Numbered from the stretch's first letter, positions 8,181-16,609 are shown. The stretch is DNA of 20,000 nucleotides from an uncultured virus (IMG/VR IMGVR_UViG_3300001605_000002) (IMGVR_UViG_3300001605_000002:52594-72593), one strand, 5' to 3'. Numbers and translations are program-made. The notes: generated by a model not told the origin, from the letters alone.

Positions 8181-8650
8181 AAGGGCTCCCATCGGATGAG
8201 GACACCCGACCACTTGTCGCTGTCGCGCGACCCGTTCTCCTTCCGCCAGAACGCGGCCATCTCGCCGACGCTCTTGAATCCGTCGGCGAGCGCAAAGGTC
8301 TTCATCCGGCGCGGGCCGTAGAGTTCGCCGTCGACCGTCGCGACGACGCTCCCGTCGACGAACCAAAGCAGGACCGGCTTGACCTCGACGCACCGCGAGC
8401 GACCGATGAGCAGGACGCTCTTCGTCCTCATCCCATAGTAAAGCTGCAACTCTTCGCCCGGCCGGGCGTGGCGCCGACCCTTCGTCGGCTTGCTCCAGGC
8501 GTCGCCGCTCCGACGAAAGACCCCCGCGCGAATCGTCTGCCGCTTCGGGCGAACGTCGGGTGGCGTCACGCCGAACGAGTTCTTCCAGGGAAGGCCGAGG
8601 CCGACCGAGATTGGTCCGACGAACGGGAGCTTGAAGGAATAGGCGACCAT
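8177..8650 (-). CDS. ASCH/PUA-like domain protein
   Basis: MVAYSFK..F, K.QTIR, RHARPGEELQLYYGMRTK, FALADGF..EMAAFW, GVLIRW. Confidence 0.75.
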   Translation of the reverse strand: MVAYSFKLPFVGPISVGLGLPWKNSFGVTPPDVRPKRQTIRAGVFRRSGDAWSKPTKGRRHARPGEELQLYYGMRTKSVLLIGRSRCVEVKPVLLWFVDGSVVATVDGELYGPRRMKTFALADGFKSVGEMAAFWRKENGSRDSDKWSGVLIRWEPL

Positions 8651-8868
8651 CACCGGCACCTTTCCATGCGCGCGACCCGGTACTCGAGGAAGTCGGCCGA
8701 GGCGTCGGATTGCCGGACGAAGACCGACTGGAAGGTCTCGTAGTAATAACCCTGCCAATGGGCGGACGTCCCGGGCGAATAGAACCTGGCATAGAACGAC
8801 CGGAAGTCGAGCACAGGTTCGCTGCAGAACGTCGACGAGGCGATCAGGGCGGCGACGAGCGCGTTCAT
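8650..8868 (-). CDS. Hypothetical protein, hydrophobic N-terminus
   Basis: AGGAG RBS; overlaps at both ends. Confidence 0.7.
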   Translation of the reverse strand: MNALVAALIASSTFCSEPVLDFRSFYARFYSPGTSAHWQGYYYETFQSVFVRQSDASADFLEYRVARMERCR

Positions 8869-9062
8869 CGTTCGCTCCTAGGAGGCGGTCCAATCTTCTC
8901 GTCATCGGTAAAGCTGATGATGCCCAAGACCTCGAGCGCGCGGACTAGCTCCTCGGCGTCAATCATGTTGATGCTGTAATTGGCGACCCTCCCGCGCTGG
9001 CGGCGGTCGTCGGCGACCCGGCGGGCGGCCTCGATTCTGGTCGATTTTATTAACACGGTCAT
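8865..9062 (-). CDS. Hypothetical protein
   Basis: AAAGGAGG RBS before ATG 9062. Confidence 0.75.
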   Translation of the reverse strand: MTVLIKSTRIEAARRVADDRRQRGRVANYSINMIDAEELVRALEVLGIISFTDDEKIGPPPRSER

Positions 9063-9869
9063 GCGTCCTCCTTTGGGAATGCTCGGTCGATCATCCCCTC
9101 TAGTTGCTTGCGGTTCGGAATAGAGACTCGGAGCGAGTCGCGCATCTCACGCTCGCCCTCCCATCGAGCCCAGGCGTCGTCGCGGCCGCGCTTCGGGTCG
9201 GCCTCGTAAGATCCTATCCAGGCGCGGGCATAGGCGAAGTAGGCGGCGGCCGAGGTCGGGAGTGGTGCTGCCGCCGACCGGGTCGTCGTCGGCAGGCTAT
9301 CGCGCGCGGTCGCCGGCGCGGCGACCGTGGCTCGGCTTCGGCTCGGGGCCCGCGTGCCTGCTAGCGGCCTTCGCGAGCTCTCGCTGGTCTAGCCCGGGGA
9401 TGAGCGCCGACGCGTAGTCGAGGACGGCCTTCTTCGATTCCTCGAATTTCTCCTTGCCCATCGCGGCGACCGATTGCGATACAGGATCGAAAATCTTGAC
9501 GACCTTACCGCTTACTTTGATGACGGCGTATTCGGCATAGGGCCGAATAATCGCGCCGAGCGCCATCGCCTTATCGTGAGTGTCGCAGACGTAGTTTCTC
9601 TCGGTGCAGAAACCAGTCTCGACGAGCGCCTTCGCCCGGAGGGCCTCCTCGGTCGGAAACTTGGCCGCGTGCTCCTCCGGCAGGTTCATCCATATCTCAT
9701 GAAGCCGCGCGAAGTAGTGGTTGTGCGACTTCATGTTCCGCATCTCGACCGGCGCCATCGGATAGAGCTCGTCGACGGCAAACTGACGTCGGCACAATTC
9801 GGCGAAGCGCGGCTCGACGGCGAACGTGCCATCGGCGGTCCATCGAAGCATGACCGGGCGGATTTTCAT
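9059..9869 (-). CDS. Conserved phage protein (possibly NinB/DUF1367-like); in-frame stop at 9297, apparently extended to 9059 by a +1 shift at about 9332-9348
   Basis: 'SHNHYFARLHEIWMNLPE...LRAKAL...SQS..MGK..F..SK' core. An open frame with no start near its 5' end (..ATVAAPAT..PTSAAAYFAYARAWI..WEGEREMRD..AFPKEDA*) fills 9059-9330 and stops in an ATGA overlap. Confidence 0.7.
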
Positions 9870-10150
9870 TTAATCTTCCCCAGGAGAGCCGACTCGGCAT
9901 CGGCTCGGGCTTTATTGGCCGCGTCGATTATAGGTTGGGCTTTGGCCATCGCGGCCTGATGAGCGCAATCTATGCGGAAGAGTTCGTTTGCTACCGTTTC
10001 GAGGAGCGCGTCGTCTCGCATGACCCTGCGCAGTGCCTCGGCATCCCCACCTGTGTCGCAGCCGTAACAATCGAGTTTCCGGTATTTCCTGCGCAAGAAA
10101 GACAGGAGGCGGTCCCACCGAACGATCATCAGGGCGACGTCGGCGCTCAC
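9866..10150 (-). CDS. Hypothetical protein (lower GC)
   Basis: GTG at 10150 overlapping the exonuclease stop; its TAA overlaps the downstream ATG. Confidence 0.65.
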   Translation of the reverse strand: MSADVALMIVRWDRLLSFLRRKYRKLDCYGCDTGGDAEALRRVMRDDALLETVANELFRIDCAHQAAMAKAQPIIDAANKARADAESALLGKIK

Positions 10151-10821
10151 GCTCCGCCCCCCATCGACTTCATCTTCTCGACGAGCTTCTTGACGTCGTA
10201 GGAGAAGACCTCGACCGCCCGCTGGAGCTCGGCGATGTAAGTCTCGTCCCGGTAGACCGTAAACTCGCACTTCGGCATTCCCGGATAGAAAATCTTGAGC
10301 GTCCACCAACGCCGCTCGCAGACCCACATGCAGCCTTGCACCTGGGCGCGATATTTTCCCGGGAACGTCCCGCGCTCGAGGACCTCGATGAGGAGCTCGG
10401 GCTTCATCGACTTGCACTCGAGGCCGCCATCGTCGCCGACGAGCGCGTCGGGCGACGCGCCGACGGTCGCATAGCGCATCAGCCCGGCGTTCCGGACGAA
10501 GCCGACGCGGGTCACGTCGAACCGCGGCTTCGCGTACTCCTCGAAGGCCATCCTCTCGTGCTCGTGACCGCGCTCCATCGCCTTGCTCGTGAAGCTCTCG
10601 GCCGGAATCCCGGTGAGTTTCTCGCCGGCGAGCTCGCGCAGGTACGTGTCGCGGCTCTTGCCTTCGCCCTCGGCCAAGATGTCGGAGAACCGCGACGCGG
10701 TCGGAATCCCGAGGCGAGCCGCGAACCACTCGGGGCTCCCCTGCGGGACGTTGACGATCTCGAACGTCGCCTTGCGGACGGCGGCCGACGTAACGGCCTT
10801 CTTCGTTCCGGCCTTCGCCAT
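10147..10821 (-). CDS. YqaJ / lambda-exonuclease-family recombination nuclease
   Basis: QGSPEWFAARLGIPTASRF, MERGHEHE, GASPDALV, LECK, YRAQVQG. Confidence 0.93.
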   Translation of the reverse strand: MAKAGTKKAVTSAAVRKATFEIVNVPQGSPEWFAARLGIPTASRFSDILAEGEGKSRDTYLRELAGEKLTGIPAESFTSKAMERGHEHERMAFEEYAKPRFDVTRVGFVRNAGLMRYATVGASPDALVGDDGGLECKSMKPELLIEVLERGTFPGKYRAQVQGCMWVCERRWWTLKIFYPGMPKCEFTVYRDETYIAELQRAVEVFSYDVKKLVEKMKSMGGGA

Positions 10822-11786
10822 CACTTTTTCTTCGCCTCGTTCTTGAGACGAACGTGGTTCTCGATGGCCGCGACGGCATCGTCGTACTTCGCCGGCGGGA
10901 GGTCGCCGACGTCCTGGAGTCCGTACTTCTCGCAGAACTGCGCGGCGGTTATCCCGGCGGCCCTCATTTTTTCCTTAAGGTTCTTGACGTCGTCGGCCGG
11001 GAGCTTCTTAGGTGCGTCGAGCTCCTTGACGTCGCCGCCGCCCTCTACCTGGGCGACGACCGTCCCGTCTGTGTCGGCGTCCTCCGGCGCGCTGGTGATG
11101 ATGTTCAGGAGGGCGCGCGTGCCGTAGCGCATCCCGTAGGCTTGAGCCGAGCCCCAGCCTTGGTTATTGTTCTTGCTCCCTGTGGTGTCGGCCGGAAGTG
11201 GAAAAATCGTCTTTCGCTGATGGCCGCGAATGTGGTCGAGGTAGACGATGACGTTCATTCGACCGTCGGCGCCTGGCTCGGTCGAGTACGAAAGCGAGAA
11301 GCCGTGGGTTTTGAGCGGTTTCTTGAGGACTCGCATCATCGCGTTGAACGTCGCGTAGGGCGTCGACTGTTCGACGGCCCCGGTTCGCTCGCCGGTCCTC
11401 GGGTCCTTCTTCCGGATGACGATTGCGCGGTCGGCCGAGACCGAAGGAAGGTCGTCGGTCAACGCCATGAAGTCGGAGACGAACGCGCGGCGGGCCTCCT
11501 CCTGGTCAATTTCACGCTGCATGGCGAGGAGCTCGCGCATCTTGCCGGTATCGCAGCGCGGGTCCGAGACCGCGTTCATGATGACGGCGAGCAGGCTCGT
11601 CGGCTCGGCGCGCTTGGCCGGCGCGGCGACGCGCTCGGTGGTGAGGGCGGTCGACGTCGAGGCCTTCGGCTTCGAGGTCTTAGACTTGGGCTTGGTCTCG
11701 TCGGGCTTCTTCGGGGCGGGCGCTTCCTTCATCTCGGCGAAGAGCGAAGGCGAGGCGGGGCGTTCTTTAACTGCGGCTTTGGTCAT
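10821..11786 (-). CDS. erf: ERF-family single-strand annealing protein
   Basis: YATF, LKTHGFSLSY, H..GH, 'DTTGSKNNNQGWGSAQAYGMRY...LLNI...EDADTDG'; start reassigned to ATG 11786 (AAGGAAGG upstream). Confidence 0.88.
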   Translation of the reverse strand: MTKAAVKERPASPSLFAEMKEAPAPKKPDETKPKSKTSKPKASTSTALTTERVAAPAKRAEPTSLLAVIMNAVSDPRCDTGKMRELLAMQREIDQEEARRAFVSDFMALTDDLPSVSADRAIVIRKKDPRTGERTGAVEQSTPYATFNAMMRVLKKPLKTHGFSLSYSTEPGADGRMNVIVYLDHIRGHQRKTIFPLPADTTGSKNNNQGWGSAQAYGMRYGTRALLNIITSAPEDADTDGTVVAQVEGGGDVKELDAPKKLPADDVKNLKEKMRAAGITAAQFCEKYGLQDVGDLPPAKYDDAVAAIENHVRLKNEAKKK

Positions 11787-12055
11787 TTCGGCCTTCCTTG
11801 AGATTGTGAAAATTCGTTTCGATGCAGCGGTCGACCTGCTTCTTGAAGGCCCTCGATTCCTCGAGCGCCTTCGTCTCGGTCGGGCAGACGTGGACAAAGA
11901 ACGAGCGCGGTCGCGTTCGTCAAGATGCTCAGAGCGAGGCGAAGCTCGAAGCCCTGGAGAAGGTCGACGACCGTCTCGGTGGCCTTGAGGGATTCGACCG
12001 TAGCTCCGGCCTCGGCCCGATTGAGCGACAAGCTGTGAAGGCCTTCCTTACCCAT
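11783..12055 (-). CDS. Hypothetical protein; possible +1 frameshift at about 11896-11898 (alternative stop at 11767)
   Basis: After GTT CTT the annotated frame switches to mostly A/T-ending codons, while the +1 frame (VHVCPTETKALEESRAFKKQVDRC...) has phage-typical GC3. Confidence 0.6.
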   Translation of the reverse strand: MGKEGLHSLSLNRAEAGATVESLKATETVVDLLQGFELRLALSILTNATALVLCPRLPDRDEGARGIEGLQEAGRPLHRNEFSQSQGRPK

Positions 12056-12407
12056 CGACTTGCTCTCCGACCCGGACTTGAGGGAAGGCGCTGTTCGGCG
12101 AGAGGAAGAACGTCGCCGGCATCGACTTGCCGTCGGTGATGACCTTCGGTCGAAGGGCCTCGTCCATCGCGATGTCGACGAGCGGCTGACCCTTCTGGTC
12201 GATGAATGCCGAGAGCTCGGCGTTCTGGTTCTTCGGCAGGTAGCCGACCCGGTCGGGCCCGACGTAGACGGCGATTGCGCCCTTGTCGAACTTGTTCTCG
12301 GGCTCGCGGACGAGAAGGACCGGCGCGCCCGGCTTGAGGTTCTTGATGATCGTCTGCGCGTTGAACCCGCAGTGGTTCGTCCCGACGATGGAATAGGTAT
12401 TCTTCAT
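12048..12407 (-). CDS. Stand-alone HIRAN domain protein
   Basis: IVGT.H, LVREPENKFDKGAIAVY, VGYLP. Confidence 0.88.
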   Translation of the reverse strand: MKNTYSIVGTNHCGFNAQTIIKNLKPGAPVLLVREPENKFDKGAIAVYVGPDRVGYLPKNQNAELSAFIDQKGQPLVDIAMDEALRPKVITDGKSMPATFFLSPNSAFPQVRVGEQVDG

Positions 12408-12815
12408 CTATAGTCCCCATAGTTTTCTGGCGACGCGCGTCTGCGCTCGCTTCTGGCGGTCTAGTTCCTCGAGTCGACGGTAGAATGATTCGTCGGGCGG
12501 TTCGCCGTTGATCCTGGCATCGCAGCCGGTACCGGCTCCGATCAGGTGGGCGGCCGCCTCCGACATTTTATCGGGCCCGTTCTCGAGCGTCTTCCTGAGA
12601 GCGTGCCGGGCCGGAGCGTCGACGAGCCCGCAGACCGACCCGGCGTCGGTAAAGGACAACGCCGGGCACGGTCCGAGCTCGAAGCCGAAGACGTGCTGCG
12701 CGAGCGGGCAGAGCGAGCCGATGCAGCAGAGGCCGCACCGGTTGCAGGGCTGGCCGTGGGGCGGCTTGCTCGCCACCGTCCCACGCGGAGCCATGAAGGC
12801 GGGTTTCCCGATCAT
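12408..12815 (-). CDS. Cys-cluster (CxxCxxCC, YkgJ-like Fe-S/Zn) protein
   Basis: PCNRCGLCC...CPL...CPAL...CGL...GTGCDA; ATG 12815 in an ATGA overlap. Confidence 0.78.
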   Translation of the reverse strand: MIGKPAFMAPRGTVASKPPHGQPCNRCGLCCIGSLCPLAQHVFGFELGPCPALSFTDAGSVCGLVDAPARHALRKTLENGPDKMSEAAAHLIGAGTGCDARINGEPPDESFYRRLEELDRQKRAQTRVARKLWGL

Positions 12816-13111
12816 TCGTCGACGTCGTCGAAGATCGAGCGGTTGCCCTTCTCGTTCATCATCGTCCCGTCGGTCGCGAACTTCGGAACGCCGTTCGGGT
12901 GAACGACCAAGAGGCGTAGCGCCTCGCGCGCCCGGTTGAGCCTGGACTTGTGGGTCCCGACCTTCGTCCCGAGCTTCTCGGCGGCGGTCGTATATTTGAC
13001 CCCGCCGACGTCCGCTCGGAGCACCGCGACGTGCGGCACCTTGAGCTTGGCGGCGTGCTCCTCGACGAGCTCCGCCGTGACCCACGCGAACTTCTTGCTG
13101 CGGTCGACCAT
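12812..13111 (-). CDS. Stand-alone ECF sigma region-4-like HTH protein
   Basis: Y..AAEKLGTKVGTHKSRLNRAREAL matches ECF sigma region 4.2 (GTvKSRl.RAR); no region 2; 99 aa. Confidence 0.8.
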   Translation of the reverse strand: MVDRSKKFAWVTAELVEEHAAKLKVPHVAVLRADVGGVKYTTAAEKLGTKVGTHKSRLNRAREALRLLVVHPNGVPKFATDGTMMNEKGNRSIFDDVDE

Positions 13112-14016
13112 CAGCGCACCACCGACCGGGGGCGCTTGCCGAAGCGGACGCCCGGGATTTGGACGCTCTCATCCGAGCTATAGCCGTGGCTGTTCGCGTA
13201 GGCCTTCGCCGCCGTCTCGAGGGCGGCAATCGGAATGTACGCCGCGATCTTGTCGAGGTTCTTCTCGAGCTCCTTCCGGTTCGTTATCTCGCAGAACTTC
13301 TCGGTTCCCATCGTCGAGAGCGTCCCGTCGGCGCCGCGCGTCCGCATGATGTCGGCCGGAGAGGCCTGCGCGGCGACGTAGGTCTCCTCGGCCTTCGCCG
13401 CAGCGACCGTCTCTTCGACGCGGGCGGTCGACGCCTGCGCGGCCGCTTCGACGGCGACCTCGGTCTTCTCCTCGATTTTGGCCGGAGCCCGGGCGCGGGC
13501 CGCAGCTTCTTCCGCTTCGCGGGCCTCGCGCTCGGCCTTCTCGCGGGCCTCGCGGGCTTCGCGCTCCTTGCGCGCGGCCTCGGCGGCTTCCTTCCGGCGC
13601 TTCTCCTGCTCCTCGGCCAGGACGCGGGTGTCGTATTCGGTGAGCATCTTAGACAGGCGGTCGCCGATGCCGTCGTTGTTCTTCCGGTCGCGCTTGGCGA
13701 GGCGGTCGATGATGCCGAAGAAGTATTGGTCGGTGCCCTGCTTGCGCCGATGATGCGGCAGGCCTTCTAGCTCGCGGAGGCCTTCGGCCTTCTTGTTCAT
13801 GTCGCGAATGCGCTTGATGAGGCTGGTGACGGTACCCTTGCTTTGCGGGTCGGAAATTCCCGCCTTCTCGGCGGCCTGACCTTCGACCTCCAGTTCGGCG
13901 GCGCTCTGCTCGAGCGGCGCGTATTCCTTCCGAAGGCGGTCGACTTCCTGCTTGGCGTAGTCGATGTCGCCGCTGTTGCCGCCGATGGTCTCGCGCGGGT
14001 TGATAGATTCGGTCAT
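13111..14016 (-). CDS. Coiled-coil phage protein
   Basis: N-terminal IGGNS, long E/A/R-rich helix, C-terminal IPGVRF; purine-rich RBS. Confidence 0.85.
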   Translation of the reverse strand: MTESINPRETIGGNSGDIDYAKQEVDRLRKEYAPLEQSAAELEVEGQAAEKAGISDPQSKGTVTSLIKRIRDMNKKAEGLRELEGLPHHRRKQGTDQYFFGIIDRLAKRDRKNNDGIGDRLSKMLTEYDTRVLAEEQEKRRKEAAEAARKEREAREAREKAEREAREAEEAAARARAPAKIEEKTEVAVEAAAQASTARVEETVAAAKAEETYVAAQASPADIMRTRGADGTLSTMGTEKFCEITNRKELEKNLDKIAAYIPIAALETAAKAYANSHGYSSDESVQIPGVRFGKRPRSVVR

Positions 14017-14053
14017 TTTGGTTCTTCTCTCTCGGTTAGGGTGGGACGGGTGG

Positions 14054-14422
14054 TTAGAACGGAAGGTCGGCAGCGCAGTGAGCCTTGGCGGCGACGAGCG
14101 CCTTGTCGACGCGCGACTGGAGCGGCCGGAGCTTCTCGGCGAGCCCGCCGGCGTCGCCGATGATCGCGAGGGTTTCCCGCGAAAGGACGTCGGCCGCCTC
14201 GTAGAGCTCCTTGAGTTTTGGGAGGACGTCGGTCTCGTAGCGGGCCTCCTTACGGCCGACGTCGGCGAGGCCCGCGCGCAGGTCCTTCATATTTTGTTCG
14301 GCGTTATCGACGCGCGACTTATAAAATTCGATGATGCCGTCGGACGCGCCGACCTTCTTCGTCGCGTCGAGTAGCTCCGATAAAACTTTGTCGAACGCGT
14401 CTTCGGTGTCGAGGTCGCTCAT
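14054..14422 (-). CDS. Helical hypothetical protein
   Basis: AGGAGAAG RBS; ATGA overlap with the HNH gene stop. Confidence 0.8.
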   Translation of the reverse strand: MSDLDTEDAFDKVLSELLDATKKVGASDGIIEFYKSRVDNAEQNMKDLRAGLADVGRKEARYETDVLPKLKELYEAADVLSRETLAIIGDAGGLAEKLRPLQSRVDKALVAAKAHCAADLPF

Positions 14423-15069
14423 TGGTTCTTCTCCTGGGTCGCTCGAGGTTGATGAAGGAAGCCGTCAACGCGCTCGAGCAGCGCCTTGTAGGCCGGGTCG
14501 TCGTCGGTGACCGCGAGCGCCTCGACGTGAGGTCTCAGGTCGGCGAGGAGGAGCGAGCCGCGCCCGCGCCGCTTCCGGTCGCGGAGCCTGATCTTCTCGG
14601 GCGCGGACAGGTGGCCGGCCTCGACGTTGCACGGCTCGCAAGAGAGGAAGAGGTTCGAGATGTGGTCGGGTCCGCCGTGCGTCCGACCGACGAGATGCTC
14701 CTTCGTCCGGGGTCTCCCGTCGCCGAACGGTTCGCCGCAATAGAAGCAGACGTCGCCATCGCGCTTGAGGATCGTCGCGACGATGACGCTCCTCGTCCGC
14801 CGCCGCGAGCTCTGGCTCGGCCGCGCCGACCTTCCCGCGAGGCGGAACGTCGTGTCGCCTTTCTGGAAGGCTTCCCAGGTCGCGGCCGCCATGCCGGTGA
14901 AGGTCCGGCTTCCGGTCTTGCTCGTGTAGATGATCGACGTCTCGCCGTTGCCGCGAAAGCGGACGAGCTCCCACTCGTTCGTCGGGACGAGGACCTCGCC
15001 GCCGCGCGCCGACACCCAGGCGGAGAACCGCTCGAGCTCGTTCTTCTTCTTGTTCTTCTTAGCGGTCAT
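14419..15069 (-). CDS. HNH endonuclease with extra N-terminal domain
   Basis: RDGDVCFYCG...TKEHL....GG....NL.LSCEPCN. Confidence 0.88.
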   Translation of the reverse strand: MTAKKNKKKNELERFSAWVSARGGEVLVPTNEWELVRFRGNGETSIIYTSKTGSRTFTGMAAATWEAFQKGDTTFRLAGRSARPSQSSRRRTRSVIVATILKRDGDVCFYCGEPFGDGRPRTKEHLVGRTHGGPDHISNLFLSCEPCNVEAGHLSAPEKIRLRDRKRRGRGSLLLADLRPHVEALAVTDDDPAYKALLERVDGFLHQPRATQEKNQ

Positions 15070-15497
15070 CGGCCGCGCTCTCGCGGAAGAAGCGCGAGCG
15101 CGCGCTCGGCGATGACCCGGCCGGTCAGGAGGATGCCGCCGTCGCAGCGACCCATGAAGTCTTTGTCGGGATGAGCGGCGTTCAGCGCGTCAATGACTAT
15201 GGCACCGGCGGCGTAGCAGACAGCGACGTCGGGGAACGGGCCGGCCGAGGCCTGGGGCCGCATGGTCATCTCGCCGCGCGGTGCCGCGTAGAGGTCGAAA
15301 TAGTATGGCCCGAGCGATTGCGCGCGGGCGTTCGAGCAAACGACCAGGGCGACGACCCAACCGGCTATGATGATGCCGACGAGCGCGAGCCTGCGGAGGT
15401 CGTCGACGACAAGGAGTTCGGCCCGTGAGTTCTCGGGCCCGACTCCGTCGGGAGGCCGCCCATCTCGGGCGGAAACGCTAGAAGCGCGGGTAGCCAT
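15066..15497 (-). CDS. Membrane or exported protein, first gene of the leftward operon (start uncertain)
   Basis: RR followed by hydrophobic LALVGIIIAGWVVALVVC and ARA|Q; two Cys in the mature part. Confidence 0.65.
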   Translation of the reverse strand: MATRASSVSARDGRPPDGVGPENSRAELLVVDDLRRLALVGIIIAGWVVALVVCSNARAQSLGPYYFDLYAAPRGEMTMRPQASAGPFPDVAVCYAAGAIVIDALNAAHPDKDFMGRCDGGILLTGRVIAERALALLPRERGR

Positions 15498-15626
15498 AAC
15501 GTCGTCTTTCGGAGGTAAGGCGATTCGACGCCCGGCCAAAGTAGCGTGAGGGTTCCCGGATAGCTAGGGGGGATTATCCCCAGCTTTGCCTATGCGAATC
15601 GGACCCCGGCACTGTAAAACTGGCGA
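15498..15626. promoter_or_regulatory. Divergent promoter region with palindrome GGGGAT-T-ATCCCC and two inverted CGATTCG (GANTC) sites
   Basis: Palindrome at 15569-15581; CGATTCG at 15521-15527 and CGAATCG at 15595-15601; TAAAAC at 15615-15620 just before ATG 15627. Confidence 0.6.
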
Positions 15627-16082
15627 ATGAACGTCCCCTTCGACAAGCTCCCGCGCCTCCGCCAACTATGGGCGGCGGGCATCTCCGCGCTCGATTGCGG
15701 CGTCGAGCTCGGGCTAGTCGGCGAGCCGACCGAGATCCGCGAGGCGGTCCTCCAGGCCATCGAGGCGGGAACGCGTCGACCGCTCGCCGACCGAAAGGCC
15801 TCCAAGGAAAATCGCGCGAAGGTCGAGCGGGCCGAGGCAGCTCTCGAGTTCGGCGAGGAAGTCGACGGCGTAACCGGCGAGCTCGAGGGAGACGACGAGA
15901 TTCCGCTCGAGCAGCGTCGGACGCTCCTCCAGTTGACGAGCAAGACCTGTGCGTGGCCGGTCGGCGACCCGAAGCTTCCCGGCTTCTTTTTCTGCGGTGG
16001 GGAGACCCACGGCGAAGAGTGCTACTGCAGACGACATTGTTGGGCCGCCTACAAAAGCCTGAGCCGGCGCAAGGCCGCCTGA
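15627..16082 (+). CDS. gcrA: GcrA cell-cycle regulator homolog
   Basis: N-terminal 'LRQLWAAGISA...ELG' HTH; C-terminal 'TLLQLTSKTCAWPVGDP....FFFCG.....YC..HC..AY'. Confidence 0.92.
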   Translation: MNVPFDKLPRLRQLWAAGISALDCGVELGLVGEPTEIREAVLQAIEAGTRRPLADRKASKENRAKVERAEAALEFGEEVDGVTGELEGDDEIPLEQRRTLLQLTSKTCAWPVGDPKLPGFFFCGGETHGEECYCRRHCWAAYKSLSRRKAA

Positions 16083-16102
16083 CCCAACCCGGAGGAAGAA
16101 CG

Positions 16103-16609
16103 ATGGCGAAGAAGACCGCGGCCAAAAAGGCGACGAGCAAGAAGAAGGCGGGCGCTCCCCTCCCGTCGATCGACGAGGCGCTCAAGGCGCTCCCGCCGCC
16201 GATCACGACGCTCATCGACGAGAGGAAGCTGAACAAGCTTCTCGACGCCGACAATGGGTTCAAGGAAGAGATAAGCGGAGTCGTCGGGACGCAACGCGAA
16301 AAGATTGGTTATGCGGTCGAGCACGACCACCTTCACAAAGAAGCCTACGCGGACCTCAAGCGATATGACCGGGTCAAGACCCCCGAGAAGCTCGCCGAGC
16401 GGTTCTTGACGCTGCTCGCCTACATGCAAATGCGCGGACTGTTCGAGCGGATCAACTCGGTCCCGCGTCTCGACCTCGAGGAGCCCGCGCAGCCGACGCC
16501 GTCGGCGACCACGAAGACGAAGCCCGGGCCGAAGTTCGGCGAGACGGTCAAGAGCCTGGCGGAGGCCGCCGGCGCCGGAGCGTCGGGCAAGCACCCGCTC
16601 GACGAGTGA
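16103..16609 (+). CDS. Basic-tailed helical protein, possibly a distant GapR/DUF2312-like nucleoid protein
   Basis: GGAGG RBS; Lys/Ala-rich N-tail; core ends 'LLAYMQMRGL', reminiscent of the GapR 'L..Y..ALG' end. The CDS is clear, the family call is weak. Confidence 0.6.
   Translation: MAKKTAAKKATSKKKAGAPLPSIDEALKALPPPITTLIDERKLNKLLDADNGFKEEISGVVGTQREKIGYAVEHDHLHKEAYADLKRYDRVKTPEKLAERFLTLLAYMQMRGLFERINSVPRLDLEEPAQPTPSATTKTKPGPKFGETVKSLAEAAGAGASGKHPLDE

Noticed and set aside
5371..11897. Long N-terminal extensions in the ORF track (starts at 7329, 8295, 8792, 8905, 10879, 11897)
   Set aside because: They overlap upstream genes in other frames; internal starts with ATGA/GTGA coupling fit better.
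13480..13620. Repeated CTCGCGGGCC-like units
   Set aside because: Explained by EAR/ERE coiled-coil coding.
14035..14055. G-rich GGGTGGGACGGGTGG as a G-quadruplex
   Set aside because: Only three full G3 tracts in a short spacer; no other support.
98..15549. Many long plus-strand ORFs (e.g. 3699-5384, 5989-7158, 10033-11127)
   Set aside because: Antisense shadows of high-GC3 minus-strand genes; no motifs or RBSs.
15552..15566. Possible alphaproteobacterial SOS box in the divergent region
   Set aside because: GTTC at 15552 is followed after N7 by GCTA, not GTTC.
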